A DNA stretch of 48,040 nucleotides from Pseudomonadota bacterium (GCA_039800365.1 JBDLQW010000041.1:1-48040), one strand, 5' to 3'; shown: positions 19,860-27,673, counted from the first letter of the stretch. Program-made: numbers and translations. The notes: generated from the letters alone by a model not told the origin.

Positions 19860-19863
19860 TGGT

Positions 19864-21243
19864 ATGTTCGAAATCGATCAGGTGGCAAGCACTGGGGCTA
19901 AAATCAAAGTTGTGGGCGTAGGTGGCAGCGGATGCAATGCCGTCAACACGATGATTCGGATGGGGCTTTCTGGGGTAGAGTTCATTACCGCTAACACAGA
20001 TAAGCAAGCCCTGGATGCTTCGATGGCCCCCACCAAGATGCCGATTGGTCAGGAACTGACCAAAGGGCTTGGCGCTGGAGCGAACCCCGAAGTGGGTCGT
20101 AAAGCCGCGCTCGAAGATTATGCGCGAATTTCAGAAATCTTGGCCGGCGCCGACATGGTGTTCATCACCGCCGGTATGGGTGGCGGTACCGGAACGGGAG
20201 CAGCTCCTGTTTTCGCGAAGATCGCCAAAGAAATTGGTGCGCTAACGGTTGGAGTCGTCACGAAGCCCTTTCAGTTCGAAGGACGCAAGCGCATGAAGCA
20301 TGCTGAGCAGGGAATGGCGTGGTTGCGAGAGAATGTCGATTCACTGATCACGATTCCAAACCAAAGGCTTCTAGCAATCTCGGGAGCTTCGCTTTCGATG
20401 ATGGACGCCTTCAAAAAAGCGGATGAAGTTCTGTTGAATGCAGTTCAAGGGATCTCTGATCTCATCAACCACACAGGCTTAATCAACAGCGACTTCGCTG
20501 ACGTGAGAACCATCATGCAGAACAAGGGTCTGGCGCTGATGGGTATCGGCATTGCCGAAGGCGAGAACCGCGCCGTTCAAGCAGCTACCAATGCGATCTC
20601 AAGTCCTTTGCTCGAGGACGTCTCGATCGAGGGGGCAACTGGAATCATCATTAACATCACCGGTAGCTCGAACTTGAGTATTCATGAAGTCAATGAAGCA
20701 ACCACTTTGATCATGGAAGCCGCTCATGAAGATGCTGAGATCATCTTCGGTACGGTCATTGACGAGGCACTCAAGGATCAAGTGAAGGTCACCGTGATTG
20801 CTACGGGGTTGGGCGGAGCGAACCTTGCCGCCACTGCTGCGATTCATGCGAATGCTCAGGCTCAAGCTCCTGCTCAAGCGCCGATTCAGGCGGCAGTCAC
20901 CACGTCTGCGCCCGCAGAGATGGCTCCGATTGCGGCTCCATTCATTCAGCCGCAGCTGATTCCTGCTCATTCCGCGAATCCTGCATCGGTTCCGGGCTTG
21001 GCTCCAACTGCAGCACTCAATCCTGAGCAGCTTGGTGCTCGATCGAGCGTTGGCGTTCCACCGATGCCGAATGCGGCCATGCTTGCTTCGGTTCGGGGAG
21101 AGATGGGAACTGGCGCTGAGGGCGGCGAGCTTGCGCGCGCACGTGCACTTGCGACTCGGTTGGGGATTTCCAACCTCACTGACGATGAATATGATTTGCC
21201 GACGTATATTCGTCGTCAGCATGACCGTGAATTGAACTCGTAA
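19864..21243 (+). CDS. ftsZ: Cell division GTPase FtsZ with long Ala/Pro/Gln-rich linker and conserved C-terminal peptide
   Basis: Tubulin signature [11 protein letters not shown] and NTDKQAL. C-terminal [13 protein letters not shown]. Confidence 0.95.
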   Translation: MFEIDQVASTGAKIKVVGVGGSGCNAVNTMIRMGLSGVEFITANTDKQALDASMAPTKMPIGQELTKGLGAGANPEVGRKAALEDYARISEILAGADMVFITAGMGGGTGTGAAPVFAKIAKEIGALTVGVVTKPFQFEGRKRMKHAEQGMAWLRENVDSLITIPNQRLLAISGASLSMMDAFKKADEVLLNAVQGISDLINHTGLINSDFADVRTIMQNKGLALMGIGIAEGENRAVQAATNAISSPLLEDVSIEGATGIIINITGSSNLSIHEVNEATTLIMEAAHEDAEIIFGTVIDEALKDQVKVTVIATGLGGANLAATAAIHANAQAQAPAQAPIQAAVTTSAPAEMAPIAAPFIQPQLIPAHSANPASVPGLAPTAALNPEQLGARSSVGVPPMPNAAMLASVRGEMGTGAEGGELARARALATRLGISNLTDDEYDLPTYIRRQHDRELNS

Positions 21244-21268
21244 CTGTTTCTGAGATCGACAGAGACTC

Positions 21269-21300
21269 GGGGCGCGTCACTTGACGCGCCCCTTTTTATT
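21269..21300 (+). terminator. Rho-independent terminator after ftsZ, shared with the convergent minus-strand gene
   Basis: Perfect 10-bp stem GGGGCGCGTC / GACGCGCCCC with a 4-nt loop, followed by TTTTTATTTT. Confidence 0.8.
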
Positions 21301-21646
21301 TTATGAAAGCGATGGCAACTGCTGCCAAAATCAGCCCGAACGAAATGAAGTGCTTCAGTTGAGGGGCCTCGCCCAGCCAGCCCCAAGCAAAAGCCATGAA
21401 GACCAGGAGAGTAATGCACTCCTGAAGGACCTTGAGTTGAAAAGCACTCAGCGCACCGTGGCCGAGTCGGTTCGCCGGAACTTGAAGTGCGTACTCAGGA
21501 AGCGCGATGAGCCAGCTGAGTAAAATCGCCGAAATCAAAGAAACTGATTTGAATCGAAGATGGCCGTACCACGCAAAAGTCATGAAAATATTCGAGAGAA
21601 TCAGAAGAAAAATGGTGCGCAACGCGACCCAAGTATTTGCAGCCAT
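21296..21646 (-). CDS. Small DMT-superfamily membrane protein (DUF486-like)
   Basis: 116 aa with about 4 TM helices. The FAWYGHLRFK motif is recalled from the DUF486 family. Confidence 0.6.
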   Translation of the reverse strand: MAANTWVALRTIFLLILSNIFMTFAWYGHLRFKSVSLISAILLSWLIALPEYALQVPANRLGHGALSAFQLKVLQECITLLVFMAFAWGWLGEAPQLKHFISFGLILAAVAIAFIK

Positions 21647-21811
21647 TTCGATTTGCGAACATTAGTTTGAAATCAGAGTAATGCAATAGCCCCGTGCAAA
21701 AATAAATCCGTGCTTGAGATTTGCAATTCTGAAACTCCCGTCTACACTCCGAGCCATAGAGTGTGTGTGTTTTAGAAGTTGTCCGAAGTTGGAACCTAAG
21801 GGGGGGAGTCC

Positions 21812-23254
21812 ATGTCGTTGTCACGGAAGCTGACTATTCTCGCTATTGCAATGCAAGGTTTTGCTCTTGCTGCAGTAGCTTCACCAGAATTCAAAGAACA
21901 TGAAGTCATTGTGAAATATCGCGACGGCGTTTCGCGTCCGCGTATTGCCATGAATCAACTTTACAGTAAGGCAGGCGTTCGAGGAGTTCGCTTCATGGGC
22001 GGAAGCCTCAAGCAGTTCGAACATGTGCTGCTTGAAGATGAAGTTAAAGTTCAGGACGCAATCGCCGAGTTCGAGAAGAACCCGATGGTTGAGTACGCTC
22101 AGCCCAACTACGTCATTCGAATCTCACCACAAGAGTTACGCCCTCAAGAGGGGCTTCCTTGCATTCCAGGATTCGACATTCCTGGGTGTGATCCTAATAT
22201 GAAGTTGCCTTGTCTTTTTCCTGGAATTCCATTTCCTCCGGGATGCGAAGATAATGGCGGTGGAATGCCTGGAAATCCGGGTGGGCCTGGAAACCCTCCC
22301 GCTACCCGGCCCGACTTGACCCCTCCGCCCGCAGAAGTGAATCCTCCGGTGGCGGATCCCGATTTGGCGAAGGCCTATGGAATTGGTAAGGTTGGTGCGA
22401 CCCAGGCCTGGGCCCAGCATCAGGGCAATAAAGACATGATTGTCGCAGTGATTGATACCGGTATCGATTACAATCATGAAGACTTGAGCTTCAACGTCTG
22501 GCGCAATCCGAATCCCACCAAGGGCGATGTTGTTGGTTTTGATTTCATCCACAACGATGGAATTCCTTACGACGACCAGGGTCACGGATCGCACTGCGCA
22601 GGAACGATCGGCGCCGTCGGTGGAAATGGCGTCGCAGTTTCGGGTGTGTCTCAGCGAGTTTCGATCATGGGCGTGAAGTTTCTCTCTGCAGAGGGAAGCG
22701 GCACGACCGAAGGCGCTATTCAGGCGATCGATTATGCTGTCGAGCATGGCGCGCGGGTCTTGAGCAACTCTTGGGGAGGTCCGATGGACGGACAAAACAA
22801 GGCGCTCTACGATGCGATTGATCGTGCCAAAGCTAAGGGAGCGCTCTTTGTTGCCGCAGCAGGTAATGACGGCAAGAATAACGATGACTCTCGTCAGGCC
22901 AGCTATCCCGCAGCCTTCGACAACGACAACATCCTTGCTGTTGCTGCTACCGATGACAAAGACGGAATGGCATTCTTTTCGAACTACGGAAAGACTTCCA
23001 CCGACGTGGGAGCCCCTGGTGTGAATGTTTACAGCTTGGCGCCTGGAAATAAGTACGCCTCGATGTCTGGCACCTCGATGGCGTGTCCGCATGTGGCGGG
23101 CGCAGCGGCCTTGCTTTGGTCTAAGAATCCTTCATGGGATTACAAGAAGGTGAAGGAAGTTCTGATGAACACCGCTGATCCTGTTGCGTCGCTAGCCGGA
23201 AAGACGGTCACCGGCGGACGCATCAACGTCGCCAAGGCGTTGCAGGTTCAGTGA
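21812..23254 (+). CDS. Secreted subtilisin-like serine protease (S8) with I9-type propeptide and Cys/Pro/Gly-rich linker
   Basis: Signal peptide (LTILAIAMQGFALAAVA). Catalytic triad contexts VAVIDTGID, HGSHCAGTIGA and SGTSMACPHVAG. AAGGGGGGGAG SD upstream. Confidence 0.9.
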   Translation: MSLSRKLTILAIAMQGFALAAVASPEFKEHEVIVKYRDGVSRPRIAMNQLYSKAGVRGVRFMGGSLKQFEHVLLEDEVKVQDAIAEFEKNPMVEYAQPNYVIRISPQELRPQEGLPCIPGFDIPGCDPNMKLPCLFPGIPFPPGCEDNGGGMPGNPGGPGNPPATRPDLTPPPAEVNPPVADPDLAKAYGIGKVGATQAWAQHQGNKDMIVAVIDTGIDYNHEDLSFNVWRNPNPTKGDVVGFDFIHNDGIPYDDQGHGSHCAGTIGAVGGNGVAVSGVSQRVSIMGVKFLSAEGSGTTEGAIQAIDYAVEHGARVLSNSWGGPMDGQNKALYDAIDRAKAKGALFVAAAGNDGKNNDDSRQASYPAAFDNDNILAVAATDDKDGMAFFSNYGKTSTDVGAPGVNVYSLAPGNKYASMSGTSMACPHVAGAAALLWSKNPSWDYKKVKEVLMNTADPVASLAGKTVTGGRINVAKALQVQ

Positions 23255-23270
23255 TCCAGTGATCTCGACG

Positions 23271-23593
23271 GAATGAAACCACTCTTTTCAAGAGTGGCGG
23301 CCAAGGATTAGGCCAATCAACACGAGGGCCGGAGCATGAAGCTCCGGCCCTCACCTTTTTTGAGCGCATCCTGCGCTATTTGAACGAAGCGAAATCCTTT
23401 TGCTCCGATGATCTTCCTTGATGATCCACATCCTCAACTTGCTCGCCTCCTGCGCGCAGGCTTCGGATGTTCCCGCCTCCATCCATAGACGCGGGCCCTC
23501 CTTACGAACGGAATCCTCCTGATTCGATTTCGGCCCCACCAGTCCGTGGTGAGACCCTCTCCCTCTGATGTTTTTAAGTCGATGAATTCGCGC
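23271..23593 (-). ncRNA. Candidate CsrA/RsmA-binding GGA-hairpin RNA (stand-alone sRNA or structured 3-prime UTR of the dksA-like gene)
   Basis: I count 16 GGA triplets on the minus strand. At least six short hairpins carry GGA in the loop, and several have an AGGAUG core. The array ends in GC-rich hairpins at 23326-23350 and 23279-23297. No supported ORF. No promoter identified. Confidence 0.35.
23326..23361 (+). terminator. Rho-independent terminator after the S8 protease gene
   Basis: 10-bp stem GGGCCGGAGC / GCTCCGGCCC with loop ATGAA, followed by TCACCTTTTTT. Confidence 0.75.
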
Positions 23594-23998
23594 TTATGCG
23601 AACCGCATCTTGGTACCAAGGCTCTTGTAGCGATGGCCATCGATGTGAAGCGCCTCATTTCGCTCTTGGGCCTCTTTGCAGTCCACGCAATGGGTTGCCG
23701 TGGGTCGGGCCTCGAGTCTTTTTAGGCTGATCTCATCGTCGCACTCCAGGCAGATTCCAAATGACCCTGCATGGATACGATCAAGCGCCTCCTCGATTTT
23801 CTTGAGGAACAGAGCCTCGCGATTGCGAAGTCGCATGCGCATCGCGGTCTCGGTCTCAGTGGAGGTGAAGTCGACTTCGTCAGCGAGATCCTCTGCCCGA
23901 AGATAGAAGTCTTCGTTCGCGATCTTGCCGCTGTAAAGCAGCTCACGCTTCTGCCAGTTGAAAAGCGCCTTAAAGCGATTGAGTTTCTCGGTTTCCAT
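23594..23998 (-). CDS. DksA/TraR-family C4 zinc-finger protein (paralogue A, coiled-coil tip DxxDxT)
   Basis: CLEC...x17...CVDC zinc finger, RMRLRNRE and LEARPTATHC motifs. Start placed at the ATG at 23998, preceded by AGGAGGTGA. The ORF-track GTG at 24016 lies upstream of this SD. Confidence 0.85.
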   Translation of the reverse strand: METEKLNRFKALFNWQKRELLYSGKIANEDFYLRAEDLADEVDFTSTETETAMRMRLRNREALFLKKIEEALDRIHAGSFGICLECDDEISLKRLEARPTATHCVDCKEAQERNEALHIDGHRYKSLGTKMRFA

Positions 23999-24197
23999 CT
24001 CGTCACCTCCTGCCACCTAGTAGTGCGAGAGGTGCGCCAAGCTTTTCACACCCAAGTTCAGGGGCCGTGAAAACACCGAAATCGGGGCTAAGGCCCTGAG
24101 ACTCGAGGGTTTTTTTGTGTATCGAGAGGTCGGATAGAAAAACCGGCAGGGTGGGGTAATTTTCACCCCAGAGCCAAAACGGCTCCGATTGAAAGCA

Positions 24198-24215
24198 GGG
24201 GCCATCCTTGGCCCC
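24198..24215 (-). promoter_or_regulatory. Stem-loop with AGGA tetraloop downstream of dksA-like paralogue B (weak terminator or protein-binding site)
   Basis: Minus strand GGGGCCA-AGGA-UGGCCCC, followed by UGCUUUCAAUC. Confidence 0.4.
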
Positions 24216-24239
24216 CAAGAACTAAAGATGTCGAGTGGG

Positions 24240-24650
24240 TTAAGCCCACTTGCGATTCATGGTATCGCCCAGGCTCTTGCTGGTGCGTCCTGCGGCAGTG
24301 ATGATTTCTTTGCGCTCTTGTTCTTCCTTGCAGGAAACGCAAAGGGTGGCTGTAGGACGGGCCAGCAACCGGTTGTGGCCAATTTCTTCTCCGCACTCTT
24401 CGCAATCGCCGAAGGTTCCTTCCTCAATTCGCAAAAGCGCTTCCTCGAGCTTCTTGAGATACAGGGCTTCGCGGTTTCTTAATCGCATCCGCATCGATTG
24501 CTCGATATCAGAAGTGGCCTGATCCAGTTCGTCGAAACGATCGTCGGTATTGACGCTAAAATCTTCACGAACGACTCGGTCACTGAAAAGAAGTGACTTC
24601 TTCTGTTCCTCGAAGAGCTTCTTGAATTTTTTTAGAGCATCTTTTCTCAT
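24240..24650 (-). CDS. DksA/TraR-family C4 zinc-finger protein (paralogue B, canonical DxxDxA tip)
   Basis: CEEC...x17...CVSC zinc finger. DELDQA aligns with the E. coli DksA D71-x-x-D74-x-A76 tip. RMRLRNRE motif. ATGA overlap with the mglA stop. Confidence 0.85.
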   Translation of the reverse strand: MRKDALKKFKKLFEEQKKSLLFSDRVVREDFSVNTDDRFDELDQATSDIEQSMRMRLRNREALYLKKLEEALLRIEEGTFGDCEECGEEIGHNRLLARPTATLCVSCKEEQERKEIITAAGRTSKSLGDTMNRKWA

Positions 24651-25237
24651 GTTTTCCCCCCTTTTAACTCACGGATCACCCACTGGCTGATTGCCTGTAG
24701 AGTCTCCATGACCCCTTCCCCACGGTTTGCGATTGCCTCAAATGCTGGCCTCTTGACTGCGTTGAAGGTCGCTTCGAGCTGCGCCACGGACACCGCACCG
24801 GGCACATCTCGCTTGTTGTACTGCAGGACCACTGGAAGCTTCAGGATATCGTAGCCCTGGTGATCGAGGCTCTTGGCCAGCGATTCAAAGCTTTCGATAT
24901 TTGCTTCCATTCGTTCCGCCTGGCTGTCGACGACGAACACCACACCGTCGACCCCCTTCATAATGAATTGGCGGGACACTTCATAAAAGGTCTGCCCCGG
25001 AATCGTGTAGAGATGAAAGCGGGTTTTGTACCCGCTAATTTCTCCAACCGATAAGGGCAAGAAATCGAAAAAGAGCGTGCGCTCATTTTCAGTACTGAGA
25101 TTCACGAGCTTTCCGCGGCGCTCCTGCTGGGTGTGCTCGTAGATGTATTGAACGTTCGTCGTTTTTCCGCAAAGCCCGGCGCCATAATAGATAATCTTGC
25201 AGTGAATTTCTTTAGCCGCGTAATTGATGAAGCTCAT
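24647..25237 (-). CDS. mglA: Ras-like polarity/motility GTPase MglA
   Basis: MSFINYAAKEIHCKIIYYGAGLCGKTT, RTLFFDFLP, HLYTIPGQ and QYNKRD. By eye, near-collinear with the Myxococcus xanthus MglA sequence as I recall it. ATGA overlaps at both ends. Confidence 0.88.
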   Translation of the reverse strand: MSFINYAAKEIHCKIIYYGAGLCGKTTNVQYIYEHTQQERRGKLVNLSTENERTLFFDFLPLSVGEISGYKTRFHLYTIPGQTFYEVSRQFIMKGVDGVVFVVDSQAERMEANIESFESLAKSLDHQGYDILKLPVVLQYNKRDVPGAVSVAQLEATFNAVKRPAFEAIANRGEGVMETLQAISQWVIRELKGGKT

Positions 25238-25839
25238 GAAGCGATCTCCACGCGATTCTGAAGGGCTTTGCCGATAGTCTGGCGATCACTATACTCAAGG
25301 GTTCCACCCACTGGAATTCCGTGCGCGAGCTTCGTCACCTTAATACCCAAAGGCTTGACCAAACGACCCAGATACATGGCAGTGGCTTCGCCTTCAACGC
25401 TGGGGTTGGTTGCAAGAATGAGCTCTTGAATCGAGTTCGATTGCACTCGGCCAAGTAATTCTCGAATCTTCAAATCATCAGGCCCGATACCGTCAAGAGG
25501 CGATAGAGCGCCGTGAAGCACGTGGTAGAGTCCTGGGTGAGACCCTGATTGCTCGATCGCCATCACGTCCGAGGGACGCTCCACCACGCAAACGATCTGT
25601 TGCAAACGCTTTTGATCGGAACAAATTCGGCAAGGGCTCACATCAGTGAACGTGAAACAAGAATCGCACAGCCCCGTTTTCGACTTGGCATCGCGAATGG
25701 CGTCGCCGAGGGCCTGAGCGAAAGAGGCCTCTTGTTTCAGAATAAAATAGGCTAACCGGGTTGCCGTTTTCTCCCCAATTCCTGGGAGCTTCGAGAGTTC
25801 GAAAATCAGCCGGGCGACTGGATCGGTGTTACCCCGCAT
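25234..25839 (-). CDS. recR: Recombination protein RecR
   Basis: HhH (LPGIGEKTATRLAYFIL), C4 zinc finger (CDSC...CRIC) and Toprim (VCVVERPSDVMAIE). Start placed at the ATG at 25839, 5 nt after the dnaX stop. The ORF-track start at 25920 overlaps dnaX. Confidence 0.88.
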   Translation of the reverse strand: MRGNTDPVARLIFELSKLPGIGEKTATRLAYFILKQEASFAQALGDAIRDAKSKTGLCDSCFTFTDVSPCRICSDQKRLQQIVCVVERPSDVMAIEQSGSHPGLYHVLHGALSPLDGIGPDDLKIRELLGRVQSNSIQELILATNPSVEGEATAMYLGRLVKPLGIKVTKLAHGIPVGGTLEYSDRQTIGKALQNRVEIAS

Positions 25840-27538
25840 CGCCGCTTCCTTCCGAAGGGTCTTCTGGATTTCTGATTTCAATTGGGCTGAGTTCGCCGCC
25901 GAATAAATTCTTTGCTTCACGAATCACAGGGTGATTTGCGGCTACCTGTTTCGAGCGCTCTTCTTGTTCCCTGGTCTCCCGGGCTTTTCTTGCTGCTATG
26001 GTCTCTGAGGCCCCAAGGGTTTGATCAGAGGCTGCGATTTCGACAGCGACTTGAGTGGCTGCTCCGAAATAATCGCGAGCGAAGGTAAAGAGAGGCTCAG
26101 CATTCGATTTGTTAATGAGCTGCTCACGATAAAATCCTTCATGTGGAAGGCAAACCAACGCGAGTCGGTGCTGATGAAGCGAGGGCAGCTGCTCGGCATG
26201 GAAGTGCTCGAGGACGCTCGCCAACAAGGGGCGTTGTTGTCGAACATGCTCTACGAACCCTTCGTAACTTCGAGAGGGCGAAGGTGTTGGAACTGGCTGT
26301 GAAATGGGCTGTGCCGGGATTCCGGGGGATCTGCTTGTCGTCGCTGACGATTTCCCGAGAGCTGACGGGGTGGGGCGCTGAACGGAGGCGGGATTTGGAG
26401 ATCGCTCGGCTGGCGCGCCATCCGAAGCAAGAAGGGCTTCACTGCTGGAGCATTTAATCAAAAGAACATCGAGCACCAGCTTTGGAGTCGGCGAGCGTGC
26501 AATCCACTCAACGCCATGGTGCAGTGCCTGAAAAATGAGCTCTAGCTCCTCGAGATCTCTGAGAGGTGCCAAGGATTCGATCTCTTGCCACTCCGAAGCC
26601 GAAAACAAGGTCAAAGACGGCGCCGTTGCTCCCACTTTCGCGAGAATGACTCCATGAAGAAACTCGATCAAATGTCTGGCCAGGAGTTTTAAGTCATGGC
26701 CCTGTTGATAGGCGCTCTGAACTCCGGCCAAAGCAGGAAGGGGCTCTCGGGCTAGAACGCTTTTGAGCACTTCGAGAATGAGTTGGCTCTCGATAATTCC
26801 AGTGCTCTCGCGAACCGTCTGTACCGAGATGCGAGGTCCTGAAAAGGCGATGACTTGATCTAGAAGAGAAAGCGCATCGCGCAGCCCACCTTCGGCGGCT
26901 CGGGCGATCAGTGCTAACGCTCCCGTTTCAGCTTCGATTCCTTCTGCTTTCAGAACTTCGGACAGTCGTTCTTCGATTTGAGCGGCACTGACGCGCTTGA
27001 GGTCGAAGCGCTGACATCGCGAAAGAATCGTTGCGGGAATCTTGTGAGGCTCGGTTGTGGCTAAGATGAACAGGACATGCGCTGGAGGCTCTTCCAGGGT
27101 TTTCAGTAGCGCATTAAAAGCAGCGGTACTGAGCATGTGAACTTCATCGATAATGTAAACTTTGCGGGTTCCGCTGGAAGGAAGGAATCGTGCGTTTTCA
27201 CGGATCTCGCGAACATGTTCGACGCCGTTATTCGAGGCACCATCAATTTCGATGACATCCACCGAACTGCCCCGAGCAATCTCAAGGCAAGACGAGCATT
27301 GGTCGCAGCAGCGTAGCCATGTGCCATCCCACTGGTGATTGGGGCATCGAATGGCCTTTGAAATAATTCGGGCAATCGATGTCTTTCCGATGCCTCGTGA
27401 GCCAGTAAACAAATAGGCTTGATGGAGGCGATTGGATTGAATCGCATTCATCAGAGTGCGTACGACGGGGCCCTGGCCGACGATGTCGGCAAACTGCGCG
27501 GGCCGCCATTTTCTGGCTAATACGACATAAGACGCCAC
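25829..27538 (-). CDS. dnaX: DNA polymerase III subunit gamma/tau
   Basis: LARKWRP, Walker A GSRGIGKTS, a Cys-rich zinc module and the DEVHML box. GTG at 27538 is preceded by GAGGTGGGGG. The ORF-track TTG at 27553 is the alternative start. Confidence 0.9.
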   Translation of the reverse strand: MASYVVLARKWRPAQFADIVGQGPVVRTLMNAIQSNRLHQAYLFTGSRGIGKTSIARIISKAIRCPNHQWDGTWLRCCDQCSSCLEIARGSSVDVIEIDGASNNGVEHVREIRENARFLPSSGTRKVYIIDEVHMLSTAAFNALLKTLEEPPAHVLFILATTEPHKIPATILSRCQRFDLKRVSAAQIEERLSEVLKAEGIEAETGALALIARAAEGGLRDALSLLDQVIAFSGPRISVQTVRESTGIIESQLILEVLKSVLAREPLPALAGVQSAYQQGHDLKLLARHLIEFLHGVILAKVGATAPSLTLFSASEWQEIESLAPLRDLEELELIFQALHHGVEWIARSPTPKLVLDVLLIKCSSSEALLASDGAPAERSPNPASVQRPTPSALGKSSATTSRSPGIPAQPISQPVPTPSPSRSYEGFVEHVRQQRPLLASVLEHFHAEQLPSLHQHRLALVCLPHEGFYREQLINKSNAEPLFTFARDYFGAATQVAVEIAASDQTLGASETIAARKARETREQEERSKQVAANHPVIREAKNLFGGELSPIEIRNPEDPSEGSGDAG

Positions 27539-27624
27539 GTTCCCCCACCTCAATTAAAGAGGTCGCGAACATATAGTGGGGTCTGGAGGCGAACAAGAAA
27601 AAACTTGCGCAACTAGTCGAATTC

Positions 27625-27673
27625 ACAAGAGAAATCGCGCGCCGCAGCAGCGCATGGCGTTACTGGCGGCGCG
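27625..27673 (-). terminator. GC-rich stem-loop between the HEAT-repeat gene and dnaX (possible terminator or attenuator)
   Basis: Minus strand CGCGCCGC(C)AG ... CUGCGGCGCG, a 10-bp stem with one bulge, followed by CGAUUUCUCUUGUG. Confidence 0.4.

Noticed and set aside
21760-21800. A (TG)5 microsatellite and a G7 tract in the protease leader/SD, considered as phase-variation switches.
   Set aside because: The tracts are short for slipped-strand switching, and the G-run simply forms the SD. A single sequence gives no evidence of length polymorphism.
23351-23539. A 62-aa ORF (GTG start) inside the GGA-rich region. Also a 36-aa ORF (MDGGGNIRSLRAGGEQVEDVDHQGRSSEQKDFASFK), whose ATG lies 10 nt after AAGGAGG.
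   Set aside because: The composition is dominated by the purine-rich repeats (Gly/Glu/Arg) with no domain. The hairpin/GGA organisation explains the sequence better. A small peptide cannot be fully excluded without Ribo-seq.
25829-27538. Programmed -1 frameshift site in dnaX producing gamma.
   Set aside because: Reading the gene, I saw no A AAA AAG or A AAA AAA-type slippery heptamer (no run of six or more T on the plus strand).
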